This document shows, piece by piece, positions 23,638 to 37,494 of a stretch of 64,000 nucleotides of DNA (position 1 is the first letter of the stretch; every line of letters starts with the position of its first letter). Below the pieces are notes generated by a model. That model worked only from the letters and a program-made list of their open reading frames with translations, made no database searches and was not told the DNA's origin. The translations under genes and the position numbers were made by a program. This DNA comes from Octopus sinensis (Eukaryota): contig NC_042998.1 in the NCBI RefSeq assembly GCF_006345805.1, positions 32,922,001 to 32,986,000 on the forward strand. The letters are read 5' to 3'.

Positions 23638-23790
23638 TACGACGGGCTTCTTTCAGTTTCCGTCTACCAAATCCACTCACAAGGCTTTGGTCGGCCCGAG
23701 GATACTTGCCCAAGGTGCCACGCAGTGGGACTGAACCCGGAACCATGTGGTTGGTTAGCAAGCTACTTACCACACAGCCACTCCTGCGCC
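23380..23790 (-). mobile_element. SINE family B
   Basis: Near full-length reverse-complement match to the family. Confidence 0.85.
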
Positions 23791-24694
23791 TAATGATTAT
23801 AATGATTATTAAGTTTGTAACATGGGATAAACTTAGAACTTTCTTAGTATCCAAACCTTTTAAATATAAGCAGATTCCGGTGTTGTTATTTTAATACCAT
23901 GTCAGCTTTGACCAAGCAGTGCTATGATTAACGGTATTAAATACTTGAGATTGTATGTTGATAGATATTTCTCTGCTATTTCTAGCATCTAAAAAAAACT
24001 ACTGAGCGGCTCCCTTGCTGGTTTTCAGTGAAACCATTTATTTCAAGAGTGTAAATTACGAAGTATCTAGAAGGCTCAGCAAGTAACACGGCATTCTTGT
24101 GGTGCTACAAATCTTCTTTCCACAGCAAACAGAAAAACAAAATGTATAAGTCTATGTGCCACTTCATCCATCTAGGAGAATATATTGAACATTAATTGAA
24201 TATTCACGGTTCGGAAGTAGAAAGCAAGCGCGACAAAAAACCTCTAAACCGAATAAAACAGCGAATGCTCCAATAAAGATTGAGTTGATTCCAATTTGCT
24301 TGGCATATTTATATTCTAAAACGGATATTTCTCAGATTGCTATGTAAATGTTTGTGTTTATTCGTGTGAATGTATGTGTTTCGATGTGAGTGTGCGTGTG
24401 GAATATTTCATTTGTTGCAGTAGGGACATGCTTTGCTGGCATTTGATACAAACATTCCCTTCAACATAACATTTCCCTGAATTCCCGCTGGCAATTTCCT
24501 GCTCATCATAAACAATCTTTGTCAATACAATAGGCATTTATTGAACCGTTACACATATTAAACGCTAGACGTCAGTGGAAAAGGTACTTTTGTATGAATG
24601 GTTTATACATCATGCGTTTAGCTGGAAGACGGGCTATCATTTTGTGTTACATCTAAACCTATGGAGCTATAACAAAGTATCGGTAAAAATACAT

Positions 24695-25022
24695 AACTGA
24701 TCCTCCGTCGGTTACGACTGTAAGTCATCCAGTTGATCTGATCAGCAGAACGGCCTGCTCATGAAATTACTGTGTAGGTCAAGTGGCCGAGCACACCACA
24801 GAAGCGCGTTCTTAACATAGTTCTCAAGGTGATTCATAGTGACTCAGAATGGAACAAGGCTGGCCTGTTGAATTACAGATACATCTCATTTTTACCAGCT
24901 AAGTTGACTGGAGCAACGTGAAATAAAGTGTCTTGCTCAAGGACATAACGCGTCGCAGGGAATCAAACTCATGGCCTTATGGTCGTGAACCGAGTACCCT
25001 AAACATTAAACCCTGCGCCTTC
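24695..25022 (-). mobile_element. CORE-like SINE sharing its 3' tail with family C
   Basis: Minus strand tRNA-like head, then CTTGAGCAAGACACTTTATTTCACGTTGCTCCAG (CORE-like), then tail ending GTAACCGACGGAG as at 62100-62253. Confidence 0.65.
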
Positions 25023-25039
25023 ACATATAAAAATACATA

Positions 25040-25344
25040 TCTTTATATATAAAATTAAAGTTGTGTGTGTGAGACTCTGTCTCCTTCGATTTAGATTCCT
25101 AACTACTCCCACATTTTGCGATGCAGTTTAACCAAAAGCGGGTATCATAGTCGTCATTCATATCGAGCCCTTCTGGGTATTAGCGCGCATCTACGATGAG
25201 TCTACGATTTAAAAAAAAAATTACCATCATTTTTCCGTATTTTTAATGATTTTTGCTCGGGATATATAAGGGAAGTAACTCTCTAAAAATGCTTATATAG
25301 TTATTTCCCTTACAAATCCGAGCAACGCCGGGCGATACTGCTAG
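25040..25344 (+). mobile_element. Non-autonomous Helitron
   Basis: 5' TC(TTTATATATAAAA); 3' GC-rich CCGAGCAACGCCGGG followed by CTAG then T; A/T insertion context. Confidence 0.75.
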
Positions 25345-25579
25345 TATTCAATAAAACATCAATATTTTTAGATAAATTGTCAAATGAAAACAAGCTAGAT
25401 ATTTGATTGAGGATTTACGCATTTTAAAAAAAATTACCGTTAAGGACGATCAGATTGAAAGCATCACTGTCAATAATTACTTCTAATTATCTTATTTTAC
25501 ATTCAGCATTTTCTTCGTGTTCTTTTTTTTTCTGCTTTGCTTCTGAAAAATAAATGTGTCAATGTCAATGTCAATATAT

Positions 25580-25955
25580 TTATTATCTCCACCTCGGCGA
25601 AGGTGGCGGTATTGTTTTTAAGTCGTGCTTGCTTGCTTGTCCGTGGGCAAGATATCTCAAGAACCACTGGATGGATTCGGATGAAACTTTCAGGGATGTT
25701 TGGCCTCATGACTGGCAGAAACTGATTAGATTTTGGGAGTGATTCGGCGCAGGACAAGGATTCTGGATTATTTTTCCTTTTTTTTTTTTACTTAGTCTTT
25801 GAGAGCGGTCGGGTTCATTTTTAGTATTTTCACTTGTGAGAGCAGGCGAGTTTATTTCAGACATTCTCATTTTAAAAACCATCTCCGGCCAGTCGTTCAG
25901 AGGATGTTAGTGTCGTGTTGGCGAAGGTTTGCGCTCTCTGAGTGCCCCTGTTACC
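25580..25955 (+). mobile_element. DINE-1/HINE-like non-autonomous element
   Basis: 5' TTATCTCCACCTCGGCGAAGGTGG hairpin, (GCTT)n tract, 3' GGCGAAGGTTTGCGCTCTCTGAGTGC; class assignment from recall. Confidence 0.5.
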
Positions 25956-26186
25956 TCCGCATTAGTGATCAAATGTATGCGCTGTACATCACCGCCCTTC
26001 ATTACGTGTCGAAGTTATCAAAGAGCAACGTGAGATAAAGTGCTTTGCTGGAGAACATAACGCTTCTGTCGGTCCAAAAGTTGAAACCACAATCTTGTGA
26101 TTGTAAGGGCAACACACTAATCACTAGTCCCTACATTCATACAGACATAACTATACACTCAGACACACATGCGCGTGTGTGTATAT

Positions 26187-26260
<74 letters not shown>

Positions 26261-26633
26261 CATCTTGGTTTCTTGGGTGAACAAATATTCTGATTAGTGA
26301 CTGTTTCTTGTTGAGAAACCCGGTTTAAAATTATAAATAAACGGTAGTGATATGCTTCAGCAATATTTGATAGTGACAATCCTTTTAGTGTGACATTTCC
26401 ACGAATTCTCATTAGAAACTTCCTACTCACCATCAATGATTTGTCAATACAACGAGTGTTCACTGAACCATTACACATGTTAATTGCTAAACATCGGTTG
26501 AGGAAGGATACACCTTTGAATGCGTTGTTGATACCTGCGTCTAACCATAAGACTGGCTGTTTATTTTGCATTATATTTAAAAGTTGTATAGATGGGTCAG
26601 AACATGTATATATTTGTATCTGTCCCTAGAAAA

Positions 26634-26672
<39 letters not shown>

Positions 26673-26984
26673 TAGATATATATATACATACATACATACA
26701 TACGTATGTATGTATATAAGATTATATATGTTAAATTGAAATGTTTAATATTTTTAAATATGAAGTGGTTACAAGAATAATATTTGATTTAGAAAATATC
26801 CGGTTTATGAAATCGTATTTATGACATGTAAATTGAAAACATCTCTGACAATGTTTACAGTATTCGAATTGCTTTTAATGTTCGTTCCATTAACCGATTT
26901 TCCATTTCGCATGCTGCTTGCACACCGCACACCACACATCCAAAGAAACCATACGCCATCCATATCACCATTAAAACACACATC

Positions 26985-27480
26985 CCCTATGCGGCGGCGC
27001 TGGAGAGGGTAGAGTTTCAGTGCTTTTAGGCGGTCCCAGTAATCGAGATCAGTCATACCCTTAATTCGTTTAGTGAGTGCTCTCTGGGGTGATTCAATCC
27101 TCGAGATGTTTTGTTTTGTATGGGGAGACCACAGTGGGCAGCAGTATTCAGGTGTGGTCGTGCAAAGGAGGAGATAAGTGGAATGATGACACCTTGTTCT
27201 CTGGACTGGAAGATCCTTAAGATCCAGGAGCTCATCCTACGAGCTATATCAACCTAATTGTTGATGTGGGCACTCCATCTGAGATTGTTATCAACAATTA
27301 CACCTAGGTCTCTGATATTTTTAGATGCTGTAAGCGATTCCCCTGAAGGATGGGAGTATATATAACACATGGTATTATTATAAACAGGGAAAATTTTAAC
27401 ATAAATGCAAACATGCGAGAATGTACGTACCCATACATAAATCATTATTTAATTCGGTGATCTACCTAATGGAGATCACT
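26985..27480 (-). mobile_element. Degenerate CR1-clade LINE RT C-terminal fragment
   Basis: WILRIFQSRE..IIPLISSFARPHL..MTDLDYWDRLKALKLYPLQRRR, typical CR1 post-RT motifs with frameshifts. Confidence 0.8.
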
Positions 27481-29745
27481 GAATTATATACGATTTAGTT
27501 GTAGGTACTTTCCTTTGCACCTCACAGAAACAGCTGTATTTTTTCTTTTTCTCTTCTTTTTTCCTCACATAATAAATGGAATAAGAACCAGACTTGAACT
27601 GGAGATAATTCACTTGACTACGTATACCTTCTACAAGTTAATGCCCTTCTTTATTTCTAGTTAATCTTATTAGAATTTGCAAGCATTTGGATTCAAAGCC
27701 GTACTGTGATTAGCTTCGGATCTCTATGTTGAATTCAGAACCTACAGATGTTGATGTTAACTTCATAATTCAAGATTGCTATCTTAAGTACACTCAGTTA
27801 AAAAAAGAAGAAAAAAACTAAGTTACATTCTTTTAATCGTCGTTATTCCTTCCCGCAAATACATGTCCTGATGTCTAAGAAAATAATAGTCCAGCAGCGA
27901 CGAATTGATAAAAATCATGAAGTGGCACACAAAATGCTCGATTTTATTGCTCTGCTTTCAAATTCGGCTACTGTGAGAATAAATTGTCCATAATCTTTCT
28001 TAGAAACTTTGACTTTGAACCTAAGAAATAAATGATGATTATCATTTCTATAATACAATCACTAAAATAAAGTACGGAACATCAATCTGTTTATTATATT
28101 TTTTAAATAGTATGTTATTTACGAAATCATTTGCGCATCGGTGTTATTCTAATTAATTAATATAATTTGAAGGATTTTATTCTTTCAGATTGTCATACGT
28201 AATTAAATAGAACGAATTCCTCATTGCAGTCTAAGAGATTATTATTTTCTGTAATTTTATGAGTAATAAAATCTTTTCAAAAACTGAATTGACGGTAATG
28301 CATTCGGAAGAAATGAAAAGAATACAGAACGGGGGATTTTTTTATTATTATTATTTTAGCGTTTTAGAGCAAAACATTAAAATGTTTAGAAACAATGAAA
28401 ACATCGGGAAAAGTCTTGAGGAATGGCAGCTTTAAGGTAATTACATGATAACGACATTTTCATACTAGCTTTTGTTACATTTTATAAAGTCGTGTATTTT
28501 AAAGATCATTATTCAATTTTAATTCTGAAAAGATCATTCGGTTTTATGGCTCCTTTTATATAATTGTTGTATTTCTAATAATCGTGTTGCATGTTCTTGC
28601 ATTTTAATAAACGTTAATCTCTCAAGATAATTCAGTTTTTAACTTTTCTTCACTGTATCGCTTTAATCAAGCGAGTATGCGAATTTTATTTCTTTAAAAA
28701 TAGTATTATTTCTGATAAAAACCTTCAAGACTGTTATAGATGGATATGATTGATTTTCTTTCATCAATAATGCCAGTAAATCCCTCCTATGTGGGTGGGC
28801 ACTTTAAAGTTATGCAAGCCAGGGTTTCTTTTAATTAAATATGTGGAAGAAGCACTGCTATTGATTATATTTATTGGATTTATTCATTTTATTTCAGTTA
28901 TATGACAAAAAAATCGTAAAATATACTTCTTATATCACAGAATGGTAGAAAGAATGTTACATTACGAAAATGTATTGAACACTTTTGGATCGTCTGCTTA
29001 TTAGATAAGCTTCTTTTAGAAGTAGTGAAATGGAAATTTTCCCCATTGTCATTGTACGAAGCTAAATTTGAAGCGTAATTCGATAAAACTGATGATAATC
29101 AAATAAAGTTAATGGAAAAAAAAGATTCCTTTAAACATAACAACCGAATAAAATACGAATAAGAAGTTTGATCCATCCATGTTTTATTTTGCTTATCGTT
29201 TCATTGCTAATGGAAAATATATAAATTTTGGCATGTGGTAAGTGTACTGTTTTCAGTTGATAAAATGTAATAAGTTATATTCATAAATTAATTACACAGC
29301 AAATATATTTATTTCTTATTTTAGTGAGAGGTTAAGATTAAATAAAAGTCATCGAACCACGTATCCTTATAATGATATAAAAGAGGATATTATATATGTT
29401 CCCTAATGAATATAATCATAACCCCATGAAATGCAAGTATTTATAAATTTTATATCGAATGAAATTGTGAATGTTCGGTTACATGAGTAAGAGACAATTA
29501 GTTTACTAGAGTTTATGATGCATAAAACAATTTACAACACTTACAGCATTCAAAATAGCTAAGCAGAAGTATCAGTCTTCCTATATCGATACAAACGTTG
29601 ATAATGAATTATTTCCGGATCAATACCATGTTCACTTGCTGAGCCCGTCTTATTGTAAGTAAGTGTCAGAAAAGTAAATTTAAAAGCATTTTAGAGTTGG
29701 CTTCTTTAGGTAAGAACATTGGGTAATTGATTTTCTTTTTTGACG

Positions 29746-30120
29746 CAAGAGTGGCTGTGTGGTAAGTAGCTCGCTTACCAATCACATGGTTCCGGGTTCA
29801 TTCCTACTGCAAGGCACCTTGGGCAAGTGTCTTCTGCTATAGCCTCGGGCCGACCAAAGCCTTGTGAGTGGATTTGGGAGACGGAAACTGAAAGAAGCCC
29901 GTTGTATATATATATGTGTGTGTTTGTGTGTCTGCGTTTGTCCCCACCACATCGCTTGACAACCAATGCTGGTTTATATCCCCGTAAATTAGCGGTTCCT
30001 CAAGAGAGACCGATAGATACTAGGCTTACAAAGAATAAATCCTGGGTCGATTTCCTCAACTAAAGGCGGTGCTCCAGCATGGCCGCAGTCAAATGACTAA
30101 AACAAACAAAAGAATAAAAG
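29746..30120 (+). mobile_element. SINE family B
   Basis: Head, body and tail match the family. Confidence 0.85.
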
Positions 30121-30133
30121 AATTCATTAGAGC

Positions 30134-30615
30134 AGTTGTTCTCAACCAGGATCCATAAAACCGTTGAGGGTCCACATAAGATTTTGTTGTTAAACTCTAT
30201 GTGCAATAAATTGATTATATTTCTGCAATGTACAAAATAATTTAATTTTTTTAATACGGTTTCTAATAATATTTAGTTATAAAAAAGCGGCGATCTGGCA
30301 GAAACGTTAGCACGCCGGGCGAAATGCTTAGCGGTATTTCGTCTGCCGTTACGTTCTGAGTTCAAATTCCGCCGAGGTCGACTTTGTCTTTCATCATTTT
30401 GGGGTCGATAAATCAAGTACCATATGCGTACTGTGGTCGATCTAATCGACTGACCTCCTCCCCCCAAATTTCGGGCCTTGTGCCTAGAGTAGAAAAAATA
30501 TTTAGTGATAAAAACATAGTAGGATTTAAAAAAAAACATGTTATGGTTATGAGGATCCACACGAGTAAAATAAGAGTGTAAGGAGCCCAAAGACGAAAAT
30601 GGTTGAGAACCACTG
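30134..30615. mobile_element. hAT-type MITE containing a SINE A insertion (about 30286-30495)
   Basis: CAGTTGTTCTCAACC..GGTTGAGAACCACTG termini. Confidence 0.7.
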
Positions 30616-30680
30616 GATTAAAACTTTTAAAGCTATTTATATACCGAGTACCAGTATGTATCCATAACATTCTTCTTCTT

Positions 30681-31130
30681 AATCCTTTTTCCCATTGTGA
30701 AGAATAGGGCCTCAACAGTTGTTTTCCACTTTTTGCGGTCATTGGTGTGTTTCTATGCTGCTTCCCATGTCAGGCCGGTGGTCCTGAGCTCGTCCAAAAT
30801 GCTCCGCTTCCATGTCTGCTTCGGGCGTCCTCGCTTCCTTTTCTCCTGCGGGTTCCAGTCAAGTGCTTTTCGTGTCACATTTGAGGGTTCTTTCCGCAGT
30901 GTGTGTCCGGTCCATCTCCATTTCCATCGTCTAATCTGAACATATATGGGCTCCTGGTTGGCCCTTTCCCACAGGTTGGTATTTGGTACTCTGTTGAACC
31001 ACTTCAGATGAAGGATCTGCCGGAGACATTTGTTGATGAAGGTCTGGATCTTCTTGTAGTTGCTGCAGGTGGCTCTCCATGTTTCAGAGCCATATAAAAG
31101 CACAGATTTTACGTTTGAACTAAATAAGCG
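30681..31130 (-). mobile_element. RTE-clade LINE 3' fragment
   Basis: VLLYGSETW..KIQTFINKCLRQIL..WRWTGHTLRK..ALDWNPQEKRKRGRPKQTW. Confidence 0.9.
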
Positions 31131-31494
31131 GAGTTATCCGTAACATAGCTTAAGATATTTTCCTATTTCAAATTTTTTATTTAATTTATTTCATATTTCA
31201 TTACAAATTTCGTGCCTTGCTTCAATTTCTCTGTTAATATTTTTAAACAATCACATAATCTATTTGTTAATGACGTACCAGAATGGATTTTATAAAATAC
31301 TCTCCTGAATTTCCAAATATTCTCATATTTTGTTGTTTTCTCTTCAGGAATTTTTTAAAAAGGATATACTGTCATAGATTTCAAACACTTCATTTCCATC
31401 TGAGTCTATGTCTATCTTGGTATTAGAAACAGTAATAGAAAATACTGTGTCGATTTTAACAATAATAGTCGTCAATATTAGAGTATAGAATAAA

Positions 31495-31700
31495 GGAGCA
31501 CGCTGGCAACTCCGGGTAACAGTGCTTAGTGGTTTTTCATTAGTCTTTATTCTCTGAGTTCAAATCCCACCGACGTCGATTTTGCTTTTCGTTTTTCGGA
31601 GTCAATAAATTCAGAACCATTGGAACCCTGGAGTCGATGTAACTGACTCATCCTCTTCCCCAAAATTACTGGCCTTGTGCCAACATTTGAAACCAATATT
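31495..31700 (+). mobile_element. Old SINE family A copy
   Basis: CTGAGTTCAAATCCCACCGACGTCGATTTTGC..GGCCTTGTGCCAACATTTGAAACC. Confidence 0.65.
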
Positions 31701-32899
31701 GGAGTACAAAAAGTCACATATAATTATTACTTATATAAGTCAAGTCAATTTTAAAACGAGTGAATCAGGAGTAATGTTAAAAAATGCATTTGAAGTATAA
31801 GTAACATATATAACTTGCTTTTCGGGAAACGAAACGGTTTTAAACAGTAAACAGTAAACATTCATGTTCAAAATACAAAGTTAACATTATTAGTGATTGA
31901 CTTCAAACACGTATTTAAATAATTAGTTTATCTCATTAGTTCGACGTATAAACATAGACAATTGTATATCTCAAGATAGATATATTTTATGATGCCACTC
32001 ACAAACCAATAATATGGGGAAGTATTTTGAATATCAACAATTAAGTTGGTTTAAGAGTTGAAAACACATTTCTACATCTGACAGAAAACGGTGTATTGTT
32101 GTACTTTCGAATGGTCTTCATTTATTCATGGACACATTCGTCTGTGTGTTCATTATCGATGGAAAAAAGGGTAAATATTCCGGATTGAATCTGCATCCAT
32201 AATTATAGCGTGTTTTTAGTATCTTCACGTTCTCCCATTGATTGGTAATATTTCCCAATTTAATTAAAGCAAGAATCTTCATATAGGAACTAAAAGCAAA
32301 TACCTTAAATCTCATTGTTTTCATCAAAAGGAAAATTAATGAATAGTTCTGATTAAGATGTCTAGAGATTATTATTCCGGAGAGAGGGTTTTGGCAAACC
32401 AAACAAAGTGAATTTTAATGACAAAATTTCTTGATCTGCAACATATTCTGTGAAACTTCTGTTGTTAATATTCCAAATTAGCTCACTACAGTTGCAGATA
32501 TACCAAACTTGTTACCTATCTAATAAAATAAAGTCACGACGTGTCTCGAGTCATTTTACAGGCTAGAAATAGCAAGTAGATCATTAGTATGATATTTAAA
32601 AAAGGTATCAATGACTACGTTGGATAACCTAGTGTTAGATATTAATATATCGAAAAAGGGTTTTCGGGCTGTCGAGCATTTATAGCATGTGTTAACTGGA
32701 CATCACCTACAATACTCAGGTTTCCCAAAAGGAATACCATAAAGTTACTGCTTTTTTTTCACTGATGTTTGGTAATCAGTAACTACACAGCTTTCATTCT
32801 TCCACAAAATGTAGACAACCTAATAACGAGGTGACATCACAGTCTTATTATTGTTTCATACTCGAGAGACAAAACGACATTTCTAATCTTACAACAATC

Positions 32900-33480
32900 G
32901 CATAGAGACCAAGCTCTATGCAAGCAGACATCCTACGGCTTAGTGTGTTGCGGAAGAGCGGTGCTATGACGTTTTGCAGAGTCTCCGAGTCTAGTTCAAG
33001 AAAGGGCGAAGGAAAATACGACTCATGGGATGTTGAAATACGAAGCAAAATATTGAGATTTCGAGTTATCCAGCTGTGGATCTGATCCAAATTCAGCTCA
33101 AGGTAACCAAATCCAAATTGCAATGTTTAACGAGGTGAATGATTAAGTCTCCGACCCAGCAACAGATGAAGCTCATGTCACTTCCCGATAGCCACACCAG
33201 AGAAAGTCAAATGTAGTGAACCATCACCTTCAATGCTGTCAACGTACAACGCAAATATCAAAATACAAGGAGTTACACGACAAACATCTACAGCTTTAGC
33301 AACATAATTAGAAAATATATTTAAGAAAGCAAATTGATTTAGAATATACTGAGTGGACTTACTTATGCCACACATAGCCAAGGGAACGAACCAATTTTAG
33401 AGTATAAAATTATACCAGTCATATCTGGGTCTCACAACTTTCCAGCAAGCCATAATAAACTTCAGAATAGCGAGAAAGGT
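32900..33480 (+). pseudogene. Heavily decayed R4/Dong-type LINE C-terminal region (tentative)
   Basis: Frameshifted pieces ENTTHG, DFELSS, VVNHHLQCC..KYKELHD, EPILE..IW in the same order as EKPLHG, VDHLISGC..EYKLRHD, EAVTEG..LWD of the 58870-59826 ORF. Confidence 0.45.
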
Positions 33481-33527
33481 TTGCTTGACCTTTACACATA
33501 CTTCAAAATAAAACCATAAACATATAA

Positions 33528-33875
33528 CATCATCATCATCGTTGTTTAACATTCACTTTCCATGCTGACATGGGTTGGACGGTTTGACTGAGGTCTGGAG
33601 AACCAGAAGGCTGCACCAGGCTCCGGTCTGATCTGGCAAAGTTTCTACAGCTGGATGCCCTTCCTAATGCCAACCACTCCGAAAGTGTATTGGGTATTTT
33701 TCTGTGCCACCGGCACGAGGGCCAGTCTGGCGGTTTTAGCAACAACCACGCTCAAAAGATGATTTTTTGCGTGTTACCTGCACAGGAGCCAGTCCGGTGG
33801 CATTGGCAATGACCACGCTCGAATGGTGCTTTTTACTTGCCACCAGCACGGGAGCCAATCAGCAGCCCTGGCAAT
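33528..33875 (-). mobile_element. Non-LTR 3' tail repeat, same family as 16219-16420
   Basis: CATCATCGTTGTTTAAC..CCATGCTGACATGGGTTGGACGG..CTACAGCTGGATGCCCTTCCTAATGCCAACC. Confidence 0.65.
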
Positions 33876-34664
33876 AGTCACATATATATGATCAAAAATA
33901 AAAATGCTAAAAGAACAGGACACTCTTCATCACACGAAAGGCAATACTTTTGACGGAAAACACTCGACCCCTTAAAGTCCCTTTCACAACATGCACACAT
34001 TCCCCCAAAACCAGCAGATAAACCTACGACACGCACAAAGGTTTCTAGCCTTTAAAAATCTATTCACATTATTCACACTCAGTTCCATAAAGAGTAGATC
34101 ATTAAAAGACGAAAGAAATACCACAAGGTATTTTGTCCGACACTCTAATTATTCTGACATTTAACTCCTTCACATCCAATATGATTACATCCATTGTCAC
34201 ATAAAAAAAGAGATCAGCTTTAATAGTTGAATTGCGACCGGAAGAAGAAACCAATGGTAATTTCCAAAAACAAGCTCCAGATCCTTTCATCTATGCTCTA
34301 CTGTAGTCTAGTGTAAATATGTTTCTCACCTAGGAAGTAGTAGCATTGATGTTATTTGCTTTTCAAGTGAGCAGAACGGAAATAGGAAAAGATGTGTATG
34401 CTGTAAGGTACAGCTACTAATGAACGGAGGTGTTACAAGAAGAAAAAAAAACATTGCATGAGATGGGTTGATCACCTGAAAATATTTGATAGTATACCAC
34501 TTTTGAATTCTTGAAATTGTACTTTACTGCATAGATCTTACAGGCAGCACTTCTGTTCTCACAACGAAGAAGACTGGAAAACTGCAAAGATACAATTATT
34601 ATTAGGAAAAATTCCAACATGTCAGAAAGTGACAAAGAAAAAGTGATAGTGCTCAAGGAATTAA

Positions 34665-34898
34665 GGCGGCGAGCCGGCAGATCCGTTAGCACGCCGGGCG
34701 AAATGCATGGCCGTATTTCGTCTGCCGTTACGTTCTGAGTTCAAATTCCGCCGAGGTCGACTTTGCCTTTCATCCTTTCGAGGTCGATAAATTAAGTACC
34801 AGTTACACTCTGGGGTCGATGTAATCGACTTAATCCGTTTGTCTGTCCTTGTTTGTCCCCTCTGTGTTTAGCCCCTTGTGGGTAATAAAGAAACAGAG
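34665..34898 (+). mobile_element. SINE family A, tail type 1, with 13-bp TSD
   Basis: AGTGCTCAAGGAA at 34648-34660 and 34899-34911. Confidence 0.9.
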
Positions 34899-35929
34899 AG
34901 TGCTCAAGGAAGGTAGAGAACACTGAGAAAAGTGAAGAAAACTTCTGTTTACCCAAGAATTCCTGTGTAAATAGAAGGACATTTACCATAGGGTTAAGAG
35001 ACTTTAAATGTGAGATGTCTCGGGCAAAGATGTAAGTTGCAATGCCTGTTGAAAATTAAAGCTTTCTTCCACGGTTAGAAATCTTAAACAAGTCTGGCGT
35101 CAGTTTTATCAAACACGTGAACAACATCATGATCTACAGTGTTATAGCATTCCAAAAGTTGCAGAACTGATTGTTTCGTTCCTGAATGATGATGCAGATA
35201 CATTTGTGGCAATCATTATCTCAAGAACATACGTAAGACACACAATCTAGAAGATTCTTGGGTGAGCGTTGAAAATTTTAAAGTTTTTACGCCAGTGAAG
35301 AACTGTATAGACTGACGAGTACTTGAAATAGCAGTCTGCATAGGAAATCATGGAGTTTATGACCTGGATACGATAGTGACGTTTAAAATATCATTCTTGT
35401 CCAGACTGCAAATTTCACACTTATTAAATTTTTGTACAGGAGCTGGATAAAAAAGGCGACAGAAAGCTTCAACTCCGAGAAAACGTAAGAAATAATGAAC
35501 GCGTTAGTTTTATTTCTGTTATGAGAAATTGGTTTTTGGTCGATTAAACATTATTTTGTATGTGAGCAAGTCAGTCTATGATAACTTTCCAAAACATTAA
35601 ACAAATTAGAATTATCATCAAAACCGATATTTCTAAACATATGTTTAAATAAATACAAAATATATTGTAACTAGACTGCATATTTTATTGCATATAATAT
35701 CTTATTATATGTATGTGCACAAAACCATAATACTGATAGTAGCTTTGTAATTCATCATTGACTAAGAAACTACAACTAATTGTGTACTCCAGTTAAGATT
35801 ACGTATATGTACAGATTCAGGAGTATGTATGCAATAACATACAAATCAATATAAAAATTCAGTGGGGGCCACAAGTCACGCATCAAAACGTTTGACAATT
35901 TTTCTATATTACTCTACTTTTGTTGTTAT

Positions 35930-35941
35930 TTATTATTATTA

Positions 35942-36005
<64 letters not shown>

Positions 36006-36058
36006 CATCATCATCATCATCATCATTATCATCATCATCATCACCATCATCATTATCA
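35930..36058. repeat. (TTA)n/(TCA)n microsatellite
   Basis: Direct reading. Confidence 0.95.
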
Positions 36059-36171
36059 TTGTCTTTACACAGCTTCTAACGCTGGAGATGTACTATAGTG
36101 TCAGCTGTTCACTACCAGTGAACTAACGTAACACCTCTTATTTTTCGAGCACCTTCTGGAGTATTATATAT

Positions 36172-36231
<60 letters not shown>

Positions 36232-36939
36232 TATTGTGCATATATATAGACATGAAACTCACATACACACTCACACACTCACGTTAGAAGGTTAGCGACA
36301 TTAGTTCTTTGAGAAGATTCGCCTTGCCACTTAGAGTCATTGCGATTTCTGCACATACCATGGAAATATGTAACTGGAAGGAAGTCCAGTGAGAAAGTCA
36401 TAAAAGATAGCATTCAAGCATTTATAAGAAATTATGAAGTTATAAAATACTGTAATGTGAAAGGAAGCACTTCGATTTGTTATGTGAAAGAATACTCTGT
36501 CTACAAGCAAAAGACAGTGTAACAGAGACTGGCGAGTGGACACAATGCAGAAGCGAGTGTAAGTTTAAGATATTAAAATAAGGAAAAGAAGATAACGGGA
36601 AGGCAGCGAATGGAGAGATAGTGAGATGGGAAAATGAAGGTAGGGAGAGTGAGAAAGACCGGAAGATGCGAGGAAAGATGGAGAATTGTGGCATTGAATA
36701 AAGATGGTGCTCAAACTAAACAATAAAAGTGGCGTCTTGTTTTTTTTTATTAAGTATACCGAAATTATGAATTTAAAAGTTTTACTGTCACTCTTAGATT
36801 GATCGCAAAAGTTTGTTAGAAGTTTTATTTTGTATAGAGATATACATCCGCTATCGCCCTTATACGTAAGATACACTGTAAGATATACTGTGTGTGTGTG
36901 CGTGCATGCGTGTGTGTGTGTCAGCATGTATATAATATA

Positions 36940-37345
36940 CAGGAGTGGCTGTGTGATAAGTAGCTTGCTTACCAACCACATGGTTCCGGGTTCAGTCCCA
37001 CTGCGTGGCACCTTGGGCAAGTGTCTTCTACTATAGCCCCGGGCCGACCAATGCTTTGTGAGTGGATTTGGTAGACGGAAACTGAAAGAAGCCCGTCGTA
37101 TATATGTATATGTATATATGTGTGCGTTTGTTTGTGTGTCTGTGTTTGTCCCCCCTAGTATTGCTTGACAACCGATGCTGGTGTGTTTACGTCCCCGTCA
37201 CTTAGCGGTTCGGTAAAAGAGACCGATAGAATAAGTACTGGGCTTACAAAGAATAAGTCCCGGGGTCGATTTGCTCGACTAAAGGCGGTGCACCAGCATG
37301 GCCGCAGTCAAATGACTGAAACAAGTAAAATAGTAAAATAGTAAA
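36940..37345 (+). mobile_element. SINE family B, near full length
   Basis: AGGAGTGGCTGTGTG..GGTTCCGGGTTCAGTCCCAC..GACTGAAACAAGTAAAATAGTAAAATAG. Confidence 0.9.
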
Positions 37346-37357
37346 ATAGTAAAATAG

Positions 37358-37394
<37 letters not shown>

Positions 37395-37404
37395 TGTATA
37401 TATA

Positions 37405-37465
<61 letters not shown>

Positions 37466-37494
37466 TGCATGTATATATAACATACACACACATA

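Noticed and set aside
32848-33381. Minus-strand ORFs as an RT or host exon
   Set aside because: Resemblance to RT motifs is too weak; the plus strand gives a better-ordered R4-like match.
35312-35340. CTGACGA-GTACTT-GAAA as a hammerhead
   Set aside because: Helix II cannot form, and no helix I or III.
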